This document shows, piece after piece, positions 20,637 to 29,299 of a DNA stretch of 64,000 nt. A program made the translations under genes and the position numbers. How positions within the stretch are numbered: position 1 is the first letter of the stretch; every line of letters starts with the position of its first letter. The notes under the pieces were generated by a model. That model was not told where the DNA came from. It saw only the letters and a program-made list of their open reading frames with translations, and ran no database searches. This DNA comes from a virus: IMG/VR virus record IMGVR_UViG_3300045131_002929, positions 64,001 to 128,000 of that record. One strand, written 5' to 3'.

Positions 20637-20855
20637 ATGACTCCGGAACTGATAAAAACGAACAAAAAACTGATTCTGAGCGTGTTTCCGGAGGCGGCCG
20701 GGGCCTTCGAGGCCGCCTCAGGGTGCCGGAGCTGCGGTTCCGCCCGGGCTCTAGGCGCGCTATTTTCTATAATAGCCCGGCTCCCTAAGAAGGGGCGGGC
20801 CGTGGATAAGCTGGCCGGCATCATACCAGCGCTGGTTCTCCGGGACAATCCGTGA
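20637..20855 (+). CDS. Small CxxC protein, paralog of the 19854 N-terminus
   Basis: 'FPE...GCRSCGSARAL...GIIP' vs 'YPE...GCFSCSARKAL...GLIP'. Confidence 0.6.
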   Translation: MTPELIKTNKKLILSVFPEAAGAFEAASGCRSCGSARALGALFSIIARLPKKGRAVDKLAGIIPALVLRDNP

Positions 20856-20871
20856 CTCGAAAGGCATTCCG

Positions 20872-21222
20872 ATGGCTTACATAGAGCTAAAACACAGCCT
20901 ACAGCTTGAAAACGGGCGCTGGAGGCTGAAAATGTGGACGGCGAAGGCCGTCGACATGTCCGAAAAGGTGTTCGTGTACCAAAAAATGCCTGATTTACCC
21001 TACCAGCAGCCCGATCTGGCCTATTTCGTGAACATAGCTTCGGCCGCGGACATGGCTGACTACCCGGAAGACGCGGCAGGGCCTGATTTTCCGTTTTTCA
21101 GGAAAAACGGAGCCGATCTCAGCTTCGCGTCGCTGGTCATGGCGGAGCAGGCGGCTGAGTCGGCGGCCGGCGACGCCGGCGCCTTGGCCCGGACAGTGAC
21201 TAAACTCGACGTCTATATATAA
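20872..21222 (+). CDS. Hypothetical protein, paralog of next gene
   Basis: Shared FVY...FxNxASxADM...DLxF motif. Confidence 0.6.
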   Translation: MAYIELKHSLQLENGRWRLKMWTAKAVDMSEKVFVYQKMPDLPYQQPDLAYFVNIASAADMADYPEDAAGPDFPFFRKNGADLSFASLVMAEQAAESAAGDAGALARTVTKLDVYI

Positions 21223-21234
21223 CAGGGGGGCGCC

Positions 21235-21531
21235 ATGGCTTGGTCCATTGATACGAACACCTACGGCTCGGACGAGGAGCGCTCGCCTGGGTTCCGCCTC
21301 ACTGTGCGGGTCACGGGCGGCTACCCTTTCGTGTACGACGGCGAAGACTTCCTGAACACGGCTTCCTGCGCCGACATGCTCGACATCCGCTCGGAGGCCG
21401 AGGCGGCGGCCGGGCCGCTCGTCAGGCGGGCGGCCATCGACCTGGTGTTCCGCTGCCCCGACGCCCTGGACGACATGCTGGCCGCGGTGGAGCGCGACCT
21501 GGCTATCCTCGAGAGCTTCGAAAACAGCTAA
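21235..21531 (+). CDS. Hypothetical protein, paralog of previous gene
   Basis: FVY...FLNTASCADM...IDLVF. Confidence 0.6.
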   Translation: MAWSIDTNTYGSDEERSPGFRLTVRVTGGYPFVYDGEDFLNTASCADMLDIRSEAEAAAGPLVRRAAIDLVFRCPDALDDMLAAVERDLAILESFENS

Positions 21532-21538
21532 AAGCTGG

Positions 21539-22075
21539 TCATTTGGCGGCGGCCTCGGCCCGCGCCATCTCCTCGTTCAAAGCGGGGTCCGCAGCGCGGG
21601 CCGCTTTGATCTCCGCCAGCATCTCGGCCTCGGCCTGAGCCAGCTGCTCCGGGCTCATGATGTTGTCGTTGAGGATCGGGTTCAGCCCTCTGTCCGACTG
21701 CGCCCTGGCCGCTAGGCAGGCCCTTGACAGCGCCGCCAGCATGTCGTGGTCGGCGGCGGCGCCGCCGGACCGTCTGCCCAGCTCCGTGATGGCCGCGATG
21801 CGTTTGGCGGCCTCCGTCGCCGAGAGCATTCTGAATTTATCCTCGCCGTCGGCCATGTCGACATACTCGGTGACCACGAACCCGCCCCGCGCGAACACGC
21901 GCTTTATGTGCACCTTCTGCTGGTTGTCGGGCGACGCGCGGATCACTCCGGCGAATGACGTCTCGGCCTCCTGGGGCAGGCTTCGATCCTTCAGGATGTT
22001 AAAAACCGAACTTGCGCCTTTCTTGTTTGCGCATGAAGCTTCTTTTCGTGTAGCCTTTACTTTCTGGACGGACAT
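21539..22075 (-). CDS. Hypothetical protein (178 aa)
   Basis: Convergent with tail operon; natural amino-acid composition. Confidence 0.6.
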   Translation of the reverse strand: MSVQKVKATRKEASCANKKGASSVFNILKDRSLPQEAETSFAGVIRASPDNQQKVHIKRVFARGGFVVTEYVDMADGEDKFRMLSATEAAKRIAAITELGRRSGGAAADHDMLAALSRACLAARAQSDRGLNPILNDNIMSPEQLAQAEAEMLAEIKAARAADPALNEEMARAEAAAK

Positions 22076-22922
22076 TGCCAGCCACCTTACTTTTGGGGTT
22101 CTCTACTGCCACTACCTCGCCGGGGTGGAGATTCACCAAGCGCTCCGCGTCCACCTTGGACCACTCGTAGCCTTTGGATATGTTCAAAGCCCTATAATGG
22201 GCCGAAGCCTCGAGACCGTACGCTCCGGAGCATACCGGACTGGACGCGCATACGATTATCCTGCCTATCTTCGACTCCGACAGCGCCAGAAAAGGATTCG
22301 GCGTGTACCCCTTCCAGTTGGAGGGGATCACCATCGACAGCGCGCCGAGGCCCGCGTCGGCGGCCGCGGCCTGGACGGCTGCCGCCGCGTACGGCCTGTC
22401 GAACACGAAAAGATCGCCTATCTCCCTGTCGAAACCTGCGCATATGGAGGCCTTTATGAACGATCTCAGTATTTTTATGAACGTGAACGAGTCGTACAGG
22501 ATCAGCCCGGAGGCCTGCATGGGCCGCAGCGACGCCGGGAACACAAGGAAGCTGCCTGCCGGCGACTTGGCTATCATGTCGCACGGGCAGGGCTGGCTCT
22601 GCGTCCGCTTCTCCCACACGTAGCTGTAGTCGGGCAGTCCGCGGATGAACTCCAGGGCCTCGCGCCTACTGGCCAGCCCGATGAAGTTCGAGCCTGCGGT
22701 CATCACCCGGGACGAGTAGCGCAGCTTGGCCAGCATGTACGCCGCGTGCGGCTCGTCGACGAGCTCCGCGAGATCATCGCGCCGGGCCTTGAACCAATTC
22801 CAGAAGCTGGCCGTGTACGCGTCCTGCGAATGCAGACATTTGGGGCAGGCTATGTAGGGCGAAGGCTCACCGCACTTTGGACATAGACCGCCAACGGCTG
22901 TAGAGTATCTGAGACGCTCCAT
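21999..22922 (-). CDS. Zinc-ribbon protein (CPKC-x9-CPKC)
   Basis: Likely start MERLRYS at 22922; the upstream part of the listed ORF overlaps the + strand gene at 22947. Confidence 0.55.
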   Translation of the reverse strand: MERLRYSTAVGGLCPKCGEPSPYIACPKCLHSQDAYTASFWNWFKARRDDLAELVDEPHAAYMLAKLRYSSRVMTAGSNFIGLASRREALEFIRGLPDYSYVWEKRTQSQPCPCDMIAKSPAGSFLVFPASLRPMQASGLILYDSFTFIKILRSFIKASICAGFDREIGDLFVFDRPYAAAAVQAAAADAGLGALSMVIPSNWKGYTPNPFLALSESKIGRIIVCASSPVCSGAYGLEASAHYRALNISKGYEWSKVDAERLVNLHPGEVVAVENPKSKVAGNVRPESKGYTKRSFMRKQERRKFGF

Positions 22923-22946
22923 GTCAATCACCCGGAGGATTAAAAA

Positions 22947-24173
22947 ATGCGTGATCAATACGACGATGCGGATAGAGGCCAGCTTTTCAGACTGGGTAAA
23001 GTAATCAACATTCCCGAGTTTGTCAAGACCGCCAGCGTATCGGATCCTGAAGACTTGAAAGGCCTGGCCCCATCCTCGTTCGGCGATCCGGCGCGGCGCA
23101 AGTTCCCGCTGGGCAGCAGGCACGACGCCTGGCTGTCCAGACTGTACTTCGCCAAGAACGCCTCGATGTATAAGGACGCCGGCGAGCGGTCGGCGGTCCG
23201 GGCGCGCATAGAGCGCGCGGCCGGCGTTTGGGGACTGCCCGCCGAGTACGAGACGAACGGCGGGATGCCTAAAAAGGCCAGGCAGCGGTTCTCGATCCCT
23301 ATCAAGGCCGCCGGCGGCTGCACCTTGGACTCGCTGGTGCTGGACTCGCCCCGCGATCTCGAGAAGGCCGCCATCCAGATCTTCGACAACAAAGGGCTGT
23401 TCACTTTCGACCAACGCAGCTCCGTGGCCCGCAAAATGTCGCAGCTGCCCATCTGCAAAGAGGCCGCGCTCAGGCCCGACGTCGCGGAATACATGGAAAA
23501 GGCCGCCGGATACGGAATGGCCTCCAAGTCGGACCTGATGGCCGCCGTAAGCTCACGCGCGCTGCTCTACGACAAGATCGACCCGGCGGTGGCCGCCAGA
23601 GCCTCCACGCTGGCCGACAAGCTCGCGGAGGCTTCGGACCTCATGCCCGCCGACCTTGGCAAGGTGGCGGCCGTCCTAGGGGCCTGCGACGAGGCCTGCG
23701 GACTGAACAGGCACTACTCGCGCGGGCTGCAGACTCCGGAGGAGGCGGTCTTCAAATGGACATGCAAGACGGCTTCCGAAGCTTTGCGCGACGGCAAGGT
23801 GCGGCTCATGAACGGCCGCTCGGTGCCTATCGAGAAGCTCTCCGAGGAGGTGCTGGACCGCTATTTCAACGACGTCCAAGGCGAAATCCCGACGGGCAGC
23901 CATATGGACAAGCTGGCCATGGCGGCGAGCCTGCCGCGGCCGGACGCGGACGATCTGCTGAAGTACGCGGAGGTCGACGACCTGAACCAGGAGTCGGCGG
24001 ACGGCGACCGCCCGCCCGTGGACAGGGACGCCACGGGCAGGGACGCCGCCCACAAGGCGGGCAAGGCGAAGCGGGACTACGAAGAGGGTCGCGACGAGCC
24101 TGCCGCGACGGACTGCACCGGCAAGAAGGCCAGCCTGCTGGCCATGTTCGCGAAGGCCGTCACCGATGACTGA
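22947..24173 (+). CDS. Probable head/prohead-associated protein with multiple K-x-A motifs
   Basis: GGAGG RBS; FVKTAS, CKEAA, EKAAG, CKTAS, KKAS motifs. Confidence 0.5.
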   Translation: MRDQYDDADRGQLFRLGKVINIPEFVKTASVSDPEDLKGLAPSSFGDPARRKFPLGSRHDAWLSRLYFAKNASMYKDAGERSAVRARIERAAGVWGLPAEYETNGGMPKKARQRFSIPIKAAGGCTLDSLVLDSPRDLEKAAIQIFDNKGLFTFDQRSSVARKMSQLPICKEAALRPDVAEYMEKAAGYGMASKSDLMAAVSSRALLYDKIDPAVAARASTLADKLAEASDLMPADLGKVAAVLGACDEACGLNRHYSRGLQTPEEAVFKWTCKTASEALRDGKVRLMNGRSVPIEKLSEEVLDRYFNDVQGEIPTGSHMDKLAMAASLPRPDADDLLKYAEVDDLNQESADGDRPPVDRDATGRDAAHKAGKAKRDYEEGRDEPAATDCTGKKASLLAMFAKAVTDD

Positions 24174-24798
24174 GAAATATAGAGACGCGGCTGAGGCTTT
24201 CGCTGATCCGGAGCTGTTCGGATCAGCGGCGCTCGTCCTCGCCTACGACATGCTCGGCGACTTCTTCGAATGGGAGCCTGAGACCATCGAGGCGGACCTC
24301 CGCGCCAACGGCGCGCGGCCGGGGCGCGGCTGCATGGACCGGCTTATGGCCGCTGCCACCGTGCGGTCGTCCGCCGCCTTCCACGAGAGTCTGGAGACCT
24401 TCATGGACGTCTGCCACGCCTTGAACTTCGGCAGGGTGTCGGCTTCCGCGATGTCGAACGCGGACCTGGACGACGTGGCGTGGGGCTGCGTCGAGGCCCG
24501 CGTGATAGAAGGCACCGAGGCCTTCGACGCGAACGGGTTCGCGGACGACGTCAGACTGTACGCTGGGTTCCTGCTCGACAGGGCCGGCTTCGACAAGGCG
24601 CCGCGCATACTGGACTTCGCCGAGCTGCCGCAAGGCCGCGGGGCCGACCTGCCGCTGGACGGCACGCTGCTCGGCGTGTTCGCGTCGAACGTCGCGGAGA
24701 TGACGGAGCAGCTGGACGCCGGCGCGTCGGCCCGGCTGCAGAAGCTGTTCGAGCAGATGCGCCGGCTGCCTTTGCGCTCAGGCAAAGTGCCTAATTAA
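24166..24798 (+). CDS. Hypothetical protein (210 aa)
   Basis: Overlaps previous stop; converges on the terminase stop. Confidence 0.65.
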   Translation: MTEKYRDAAEAFADPELFGSAALVLAYDMLGDFFEWEPETIEADLRANGARPGRGCMDRLMAAATVRSSAAFHESLETFMDVCHALNFGRVSASAMSNADLDDVAWGCVEARVIEGTEAFDANGFADDVRLYAGFLLDRAGFDKAPRILDFAELPQGRGADLPLDGTLLGVFASNVAEMTEQLDAGASARLQKLFEQMRRLPLRSGKVPN

Positions 24799-27521
24799 GA
24801 CCACTGGGCCTGCGCCGGATCCGTCAGATCCTCCACGTCCAGCGTGGGCGTCAAAGTGTCCACCAGGCTCGGGTACATGCCCCTTATGTGCCATATCGCC
24901 GAGCACGCGAAATTCAGAGCGTGGGCGAAATCGTCAGTGCAGCCGTCCTCCCTGACCATAAGCGTGTACGAGGACCCCCGCGGCGTCTCATGGGTCTCCT
25001 GCAGTATGGCCATGAGATCCCTCAGAATGTCAGGGCATGTGTCGTACGCCGGCAGTAGGACCTTGCGCCGTTTGATCATCTCGAACAGGATCATCAGCGA
25101 CCTGGTCTTGTCCATGTTGTAGCATGACCGGCCGCCCTGGCCTTTGTAGTAGGATATCACCTTGCGCGAGGAAGGCGAGAACACCAGCTGGAACGGGATG
25201 ACCTGGCTTGCCGGGTAGCCGGACTGGATGAGGACCGCCTCGCGGATCATGCCCGCGCCGGAGAAGTCGTGGGCGATATAGGCCGCCTTGGACATCTGCG
25301 CCAGATCTATCACCCGCTGCGCCTCCTGCTCCGGCTTCATGCCCATAGGCAGCCGCTCCGAGTACATGCAGATCAAGTCGTCGTTCGGCGGCCTTATGCC
25401 GACCAGCGAGACGGCCGTCGTGGACTCACCCGAGGACCCGAACCCGCTCCAGTCGACACCCATGACGACCGGCCCCATGCACTTCAGATGATCGCCGAGC
25501 GCTGAAAGCGTGTTCGGCTTGCCGTGCGACGCGGCCCTTATGTCCTCTTCCGTGAAAGGCTTGGCGCCCTCGTCGCAAGGCTCGCCGAGGATCTCATTGT
25601 TGAACTTGGCCTTGCTGTAGGCGCGCGGGCCCTCCATCTTGCCGAGCAGATCCTTCCACTTCACCTTGCTCCAGCAGTGGATCGGATGCACCGCCTGCGG
25701 CACGTGGTACCCCTCGCAGACGCCGCGCAGCCGCGGCCGGGCGTGGACGAAGAAGCCCTTGCGGACGTCGAGGTCGGAGCCGCACTTCGCGCAGCAGCAG
25801 GTCTCCTTGCCTATCATGCGCTCTAGGTCGTGCGCCAGGGAAGCCACGTTCTCCTTGCCGCAGCCGCAGGGGGTCACCCATTCCGCCATGGAGGAAGATT
25901 TGAAGAGTTTGGACAGCGTGTTGGAGTTGGTCAGCGGCGTGCCCGAGAACTGCAGGAAGCCGGCCGTGTCCTCCTGGGCCGACGTGCACTCCTCGATGAC
26001 GGGCAGGAATTCCTCGTTGATGTCCTGGGCCTCGTCCACGGCCACCTTGGCCACCGCGAAGCCGCGGAGCCGATCGGGGTCGAGGAAGGCGTACGAGAAG
26101 TTCAGCGTGGAGCCGTTCGCCAGCACCTTCTCATAGATGGACTTCTCGCGGCCCTTGTCGACGAGGGCGCGGGCCGTGTCGGAGCTGGACAGCAGGACGT
26201 CCACGTATTTCGTGGAGAACCGCTTGGCCTGCTCGTAGCGGGGCTGCACGAAAAGAGTGTGGAAGTAAGGAGTGACCGCGCCTTGTATAACTCCTTGACT
26301 GGCGAGGCTTAGTGAGTTATGGCTGACTATTCCGTCTAGGATGAAATTATGATGAGTGTCGACTTCTATGTCCAGTGTAAGCGCTGCCGGTATTGGTTTT
26401 ATGCTTACTATCTCGTCCCATCTCACGTCCCCGAACGCCGCGCCTCTTATCTTGCCGGCAGATTCCGGCAGCGGCGGGAATGGTTTGCCTGGTACCTGTA
26501 AATAGGATTTGAATAGCTCCAGCCCCCTTCGCGTCTCTACTCTAACGACGTAAGAATCTAAGCACCTTTTACCATTGCGCGATGTCTTCCGCCTGGTTAT
26601 GGAGGAAGGTATTCCGAATTTAATCAGTAAAGACCTCACGCCCATGGCAAGTTTTCTTGACGCGGAGCTGTAGGAGCACTCCACGGCGCCTCGCGGCGCG
26701 TGCGCGCCTATATGGCCATCCGTCGCCCACAGCCTTGTGAGAAATAAAACGGTGTCCTCTCTGTTCAGATCAAACGCCCATTCAGGTATGAACTTGGTGT
26801 CGGAATAACAACCGAGCAGCCCGTCCGCCTTCAAGTACTCTACGAAAATAGAATGCCGAAAAAGCCTGACGTGCTTCGCCGTCGTGCCGTATTTGCCGGA
26901 CACTTCCCCGGCATTCTCACCCACTAAATCTATAAACTCGTCGAGAGCCTCTCCCGGGCAGGCTGTGAAGACGACGCGGTCTCGATGCGCCATGGACCCG
27001 TCGCCTATCAAGTACGCGGTGACGGCGATTCTAGCCCTGGTCTCTACCCTGCTGGAGAAAGACCCGTGCCTCGCCAGCGACGCCAAACGACTGCCTACCT
27101 CCAACTTGGACGCCGCTTCATACCCGGAATACGTCAACAGCCTGTGGTTCGGCGTGACCGAGAAAGCGGACCCCATACGAGTCTCTATCCGGAGCAAAGG
27201 CTGCGTTCCGTTGTCGAAGATATTGAGTATCCTCTGGGAGTCGGCCTTGAATTCAGGGTCGACGCATGAGACCTCATCACCAACCTTCAGCTCGAACGCT
27301 TTTTTATACAAACCATTGGACAAACGTACTAACTCGTTGATTTCAAGACATTTCCCCATTTGACGTCCGCACATATAGATAAGACGTTTCGGCTGCTCCA
27401 ATCTGAAGAAAGGCTCGAACATGAAATGCCGCTCGAGCGTGAGCGATTTGCCGTTCAGTTTGAATAGCCTTAGAAGCGGCACGAGATTGTCCAGTTTCAC
27501 TTTCGGCTCTTCAGCCATCAT
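24795..27521 (-). CDS. terL: Terminase large subunit (GpA-like) with intein
   Basis: Walker A GRQMGK[intein]S, 'DRLRG...VDEAQD' Walker B, 'SGTP' coupling motif, Cys cluster, nuclease 'MGVDW' and 'DDFAHALNF'. Confidence 0.9.
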   Translation of the reverse strand: MMAEEPKVKLDNLVPLLRLFKLNGKSLTLERHFMFEPFFRLEQPKRLIYMCGRQMGKCLEINELVRLSNGLYKKAFELKVGDEVSCVDPEFKADSQRILNIFDNGTQPLLRIETRMGSAFSVTPNHRLLTYSGYEAASKLEVGSRLASLARHGSFSSRVETRARIAVTAYLIGDGSMAHRDRVVFTACPGEALDEFIDLVGENAGEVSGKYGTTAKHVRLFRHSIFVEYLKADGLLGCYSDTKFIPEWAFDLNREDTVLFLTRLWATDGHIGAHAPRGAVECSYSSASRKLAMGVRSLLIKFGIPSSITRRKTSRNGKRCLDSYVVRVETRRGLELFKSYLQVPGKPFPPLPESAGKIRGAAFGDVRWDEIVSIKPIPAALTLDIEVDTHHNFILDGIVSHNSLSLASQGVIQGAVTPYFHTLFVQPRYEQAKRFSTKYVDVLLSSSDTARALVDKGREKSIYEKVLANGSTLNFSYAFLDPDRLRGFAVAKVAVDEAQDINEEFLPVIEECTSAQEDTAGFLQFSGTPLTNSNTLSKLFKSSSMAEWVTPCGCGKENVASLAHDLERMIGKETCCCAKCGSDLDVRKGFFVHARPRLRGVCEGYHVPQAVHPIHCWSKVKWKDLLGKMEGPRAYSKAKFNNEILGEPCDEGAKPFTEEDIRAASHGKPNTLSALGDHLKCMGPVVMGVDWSGFGSSGESTTAVSLVGIRPPNDDLICMYSERLPMGMKPEQEAQRVIDLAQMSKAAYIAHDFSGAGMIREAVLIQSGYPASQVIPFQLVFSPSSRKVISYYKGQGGRSCYNMDKTRSLMILFEMIKRRKVLLPAYDTCPDILRDLMAILQETHETPRGSSYTLMVREDGCTDDFAHALNFACSAIWHIRGMYPSLVDTLTPTLDVEDLTDPAQAQWS
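26316..27350 (-). mobile_element. Intein with LAGLIDADG homing endonuclease in terminase Walker A (345 aa)
   Basis: Begins CLEINELV, block B 'VTPNHRLL', 'AYLIGDGS' and 'LWATDGH' motifs, ends 'FILDGIVSHN', +1 Ser; lower GC. Confidence 0.93.
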
Positions 27522-28194
27522 AGCACCTATGTTTCAGGGCCGCGGCCCATGTTGGCGTAGGCGGGCGGCCCGCCGACGGTATGTCCGCGAGCGGCAGGCA
27601 GCTGGCCGCCCGCCACTCGGCCGGTCCGGAGAAAGGGCAGTGCGCGCAGAGCCGGTCCAGGCCCCAGACCGCCGTCGGCGGCTCCGCGCGGTAAAGGTCG
27701 GCCATGCCGAGCAGCCTGGCCTGCGGCACCGCGCCGCTGCACGGCAGCCACCCGCGCGGATCCAGCGAGAAGCCGCACCGGTAAGGCATCCTGCACGGGG
27801 TCGAGGCCAGCCCTAGGTCGGTAGGCGAGGCGAACACCGGCAGGTGGGCCTTGAGGCGCGGCGGCCGGCCCCCGAGCCGCACCGCCCGGCGCCAGCGGCC
27901 CGGGGGCGGCGGCAGGACGCCGTTGGTGTCGACCTTCACAGAGCCGACCAGGCCGGCGTCGACGGCGGCCGCCAGCAACTCGGCTATCTCGGCGAAGGCC
28001 GGATGCAGCAGCGGCTCGCCGCCGGCCACCTTCACCCGCTCCGCCCTCGCGCCGGTAGCCGACAACTTATCGATAAATGACGCTATGGCCGCAGGGTCCA
28101 CCAGTCCCGCGTCGGCGGGCCGGAGATGGCACAGCCGATTGCAGTCGGGGCAGGCCAGGTTGCAGGCCATGACGATGTTCAATTCCACACGCAC
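27511..28194 (-). CDS. Radical SAM protein
   Basis: CxxxCxxC (CNLACPDC), GGEPLLHP, DTNG, additional C-terminal Cys. Confidence 0.9.
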   Translation of the reverse strand: MRVELNIVMACNLACPDCNRLCHLRPADAGLVDPAAIASFIDKLSATGARAERVKVAGGEPLLHPAFAEIAELLAAAVDAGLVGSVKVDTNGVLPPPPGRWRRAVRLGGRPPRLKAHLPVFASPTDLGLASTPCRMPYRCGFSLDPRGWLPCSGAVPQARLLGMADLYRAEPPTAVWGLDRLCAHCPFSGPAEWRAASCLPLADIPSAGRPPTPTWAAALKHRCYDG

Positions 28195-28213
28195 TGCTAC
28201 TTCCTACGGTAGG

Positions 28214-28242
28214 TTAAAAATAAGCCGGATCCAGTCATAATA
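28214..28242 (+). promoter_or_regulatory. Candidate phage promoter TTAAA-N4-AGCCGG-N7-CATAATA (copy 1)
   Basis: Same elements and spacing at 46232-46260; intergenic. Confidence 0.45.
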
Positions 28243-28317
28243 TACCAGTCTGCGGACCTAACTATTTTTTTTAACTCCGAACTCTGGCCGGCCCAACAAC
28301 ACGAAAGGAGAGGCAGT

Positions 28318-28491
28318 ATGCGTAAAACGGCAAGAAAGGCACAGAGGGTGAGGGGGTTGGAGTTCGCGGACGGATCGAAAGGCCCGGCGCTGTCGACGCC
28401 AGGCTTGAAGACGGCCAGGCGACCGGACAGGAGCGAGGGTGTCAAACCGAACCCCGGCGACGCCGACAGAAGGCGCGGGTCCGGTGGCTGA
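28318..28491 (+). CDS. Small basic hypothetical protein (57 aa)
   Basis: AAAGGAG RBS then ATG; MRKTARKAQRVRGLEF... Confidence 0.45.
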   Translation: MRKTARKAQRVRGLEFADGSKGPALSTPGLKTARRPDRSEGVKPNPGDADRRRGSGG

Positions 28492-28495
28492 CGCC

Positions 28496-28675
28496 ATGGA
28501 CAGACTGCTGCGGATGCTCAACGACGCCGTCGAAGAGCATTCCGCGGACGAGCCCGACGAGCTGTCGGGGGAAGGGGATTTGGAGTCGGAGGAAGCCGGC
28601 GGCCAGCCCGTTACGGTCAATGAATTCCACAACCACGGGGTGGTCGTAATACAGAACAACCACTATTACCGCTAA
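28496..28675 (+). CDS. Small acidic hypothetical protein
   Basis: ATG 4 nt after previous stop. Confidence 0.45.
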   Translation: MDRLLRMLNDAVEEHSADEPDELSGEGDLESEEAGGQPVTVNEFHNHGVVVIQNNHYYR

Positions 28676-28689
28676 AGTTGGCACGGGGT

Positions 28690-29020
28690 TTGCGTCGCGC
28701 GCGAATATAGTATTATCTTATTTTTAGTATTTAATAATACTCTTAAGATTTATCCTATTTCGCGCGCGTGTGTGTGCACGCCCGCGTACGCGCCTGCGAT
28801 AAGTATTATTCTTATTAAAACTATTAAACTGTAAGAATAAGAGTAATACCTTTCTCGCGCGCGTGCATGGGCGCAGGTGCGGGGGCGTGCAGGCCTGGGC
28901 GTGCGGGCGCCTTTTAAGAATAAAAATATATATTTTATTTATGCAGCTTCGCTGCTAATAAATAAAAATATATTACGAAAACGAAGGCGTTTTTGAAAAA
29001 GAAATTTGGAAAATTGTGAA
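28690..29020. other. AT-rich non-coding region with inverted repeats; candidate replication origin
   Basis: Alternating AT-rich and (CG/TG)n blocks; CGCGCGCGAA/TTCGCGCGCG inverted repeat at 28696/28759; hairpin about 28926-28974; lies upstream of the replication operon. Confidence 0.55.
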
Positions 29021-29091
29021 ATCGATCGGAGAGCCTCCGCTCGGGTGGGGGCTGCGCCCCCCCTCGCTGGGCTCCGAAGATCGAAGCCATG

Positions 29092-29270
29092 GGAGCTCGG
29101 AGCTCGGAGCTCGGATCATTCACAGCTAGCCGGCTTCGAAGCCTGGGCTAACATTCAGCTTCGAAGCTTGGGCTAACATTCAGCTTCGAAGCTCGGATCA
29201 TTCACAGCTAGCCGGCTTCGAAGCCTGGGCTAACATTCAGCTTCGAAGCCTGGGCTAACATTCAGCTGCG
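29092..29270. repeat. Tandem array of palindrome GCTTCGAAGC (x5) with two alternating linker types; preceded by (GGAGCTC)x3
   Basis: Cores at 29133, 29158, 29183, 29215, 29240; linkers YTGGGCTAACATTCA and TCGGATCATTCACAGCTAGCCG. Confidence 0.9.
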
Positions 29271-29299
29271 ACAACCAACCAACCGAACAAGGAGGCCGA

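Noticed and set aside
21657-22886. 409-aa + strand ORF
   Set aside because: Antisense shadow of two minus-strand genes, with unnatural composition
22923-23414. N-terminal extension of the minus-strand 471-aa ORF
   Set aside because: It overlaps the well-supported + strand gene at 22947; the real start is more likely 22922
29092-29270. CRISPR array
   Set aside because: The repeat is only 10 bp, the 'spacers' are reused identical sequences of 15 and 22 bp, and no cas genes are present
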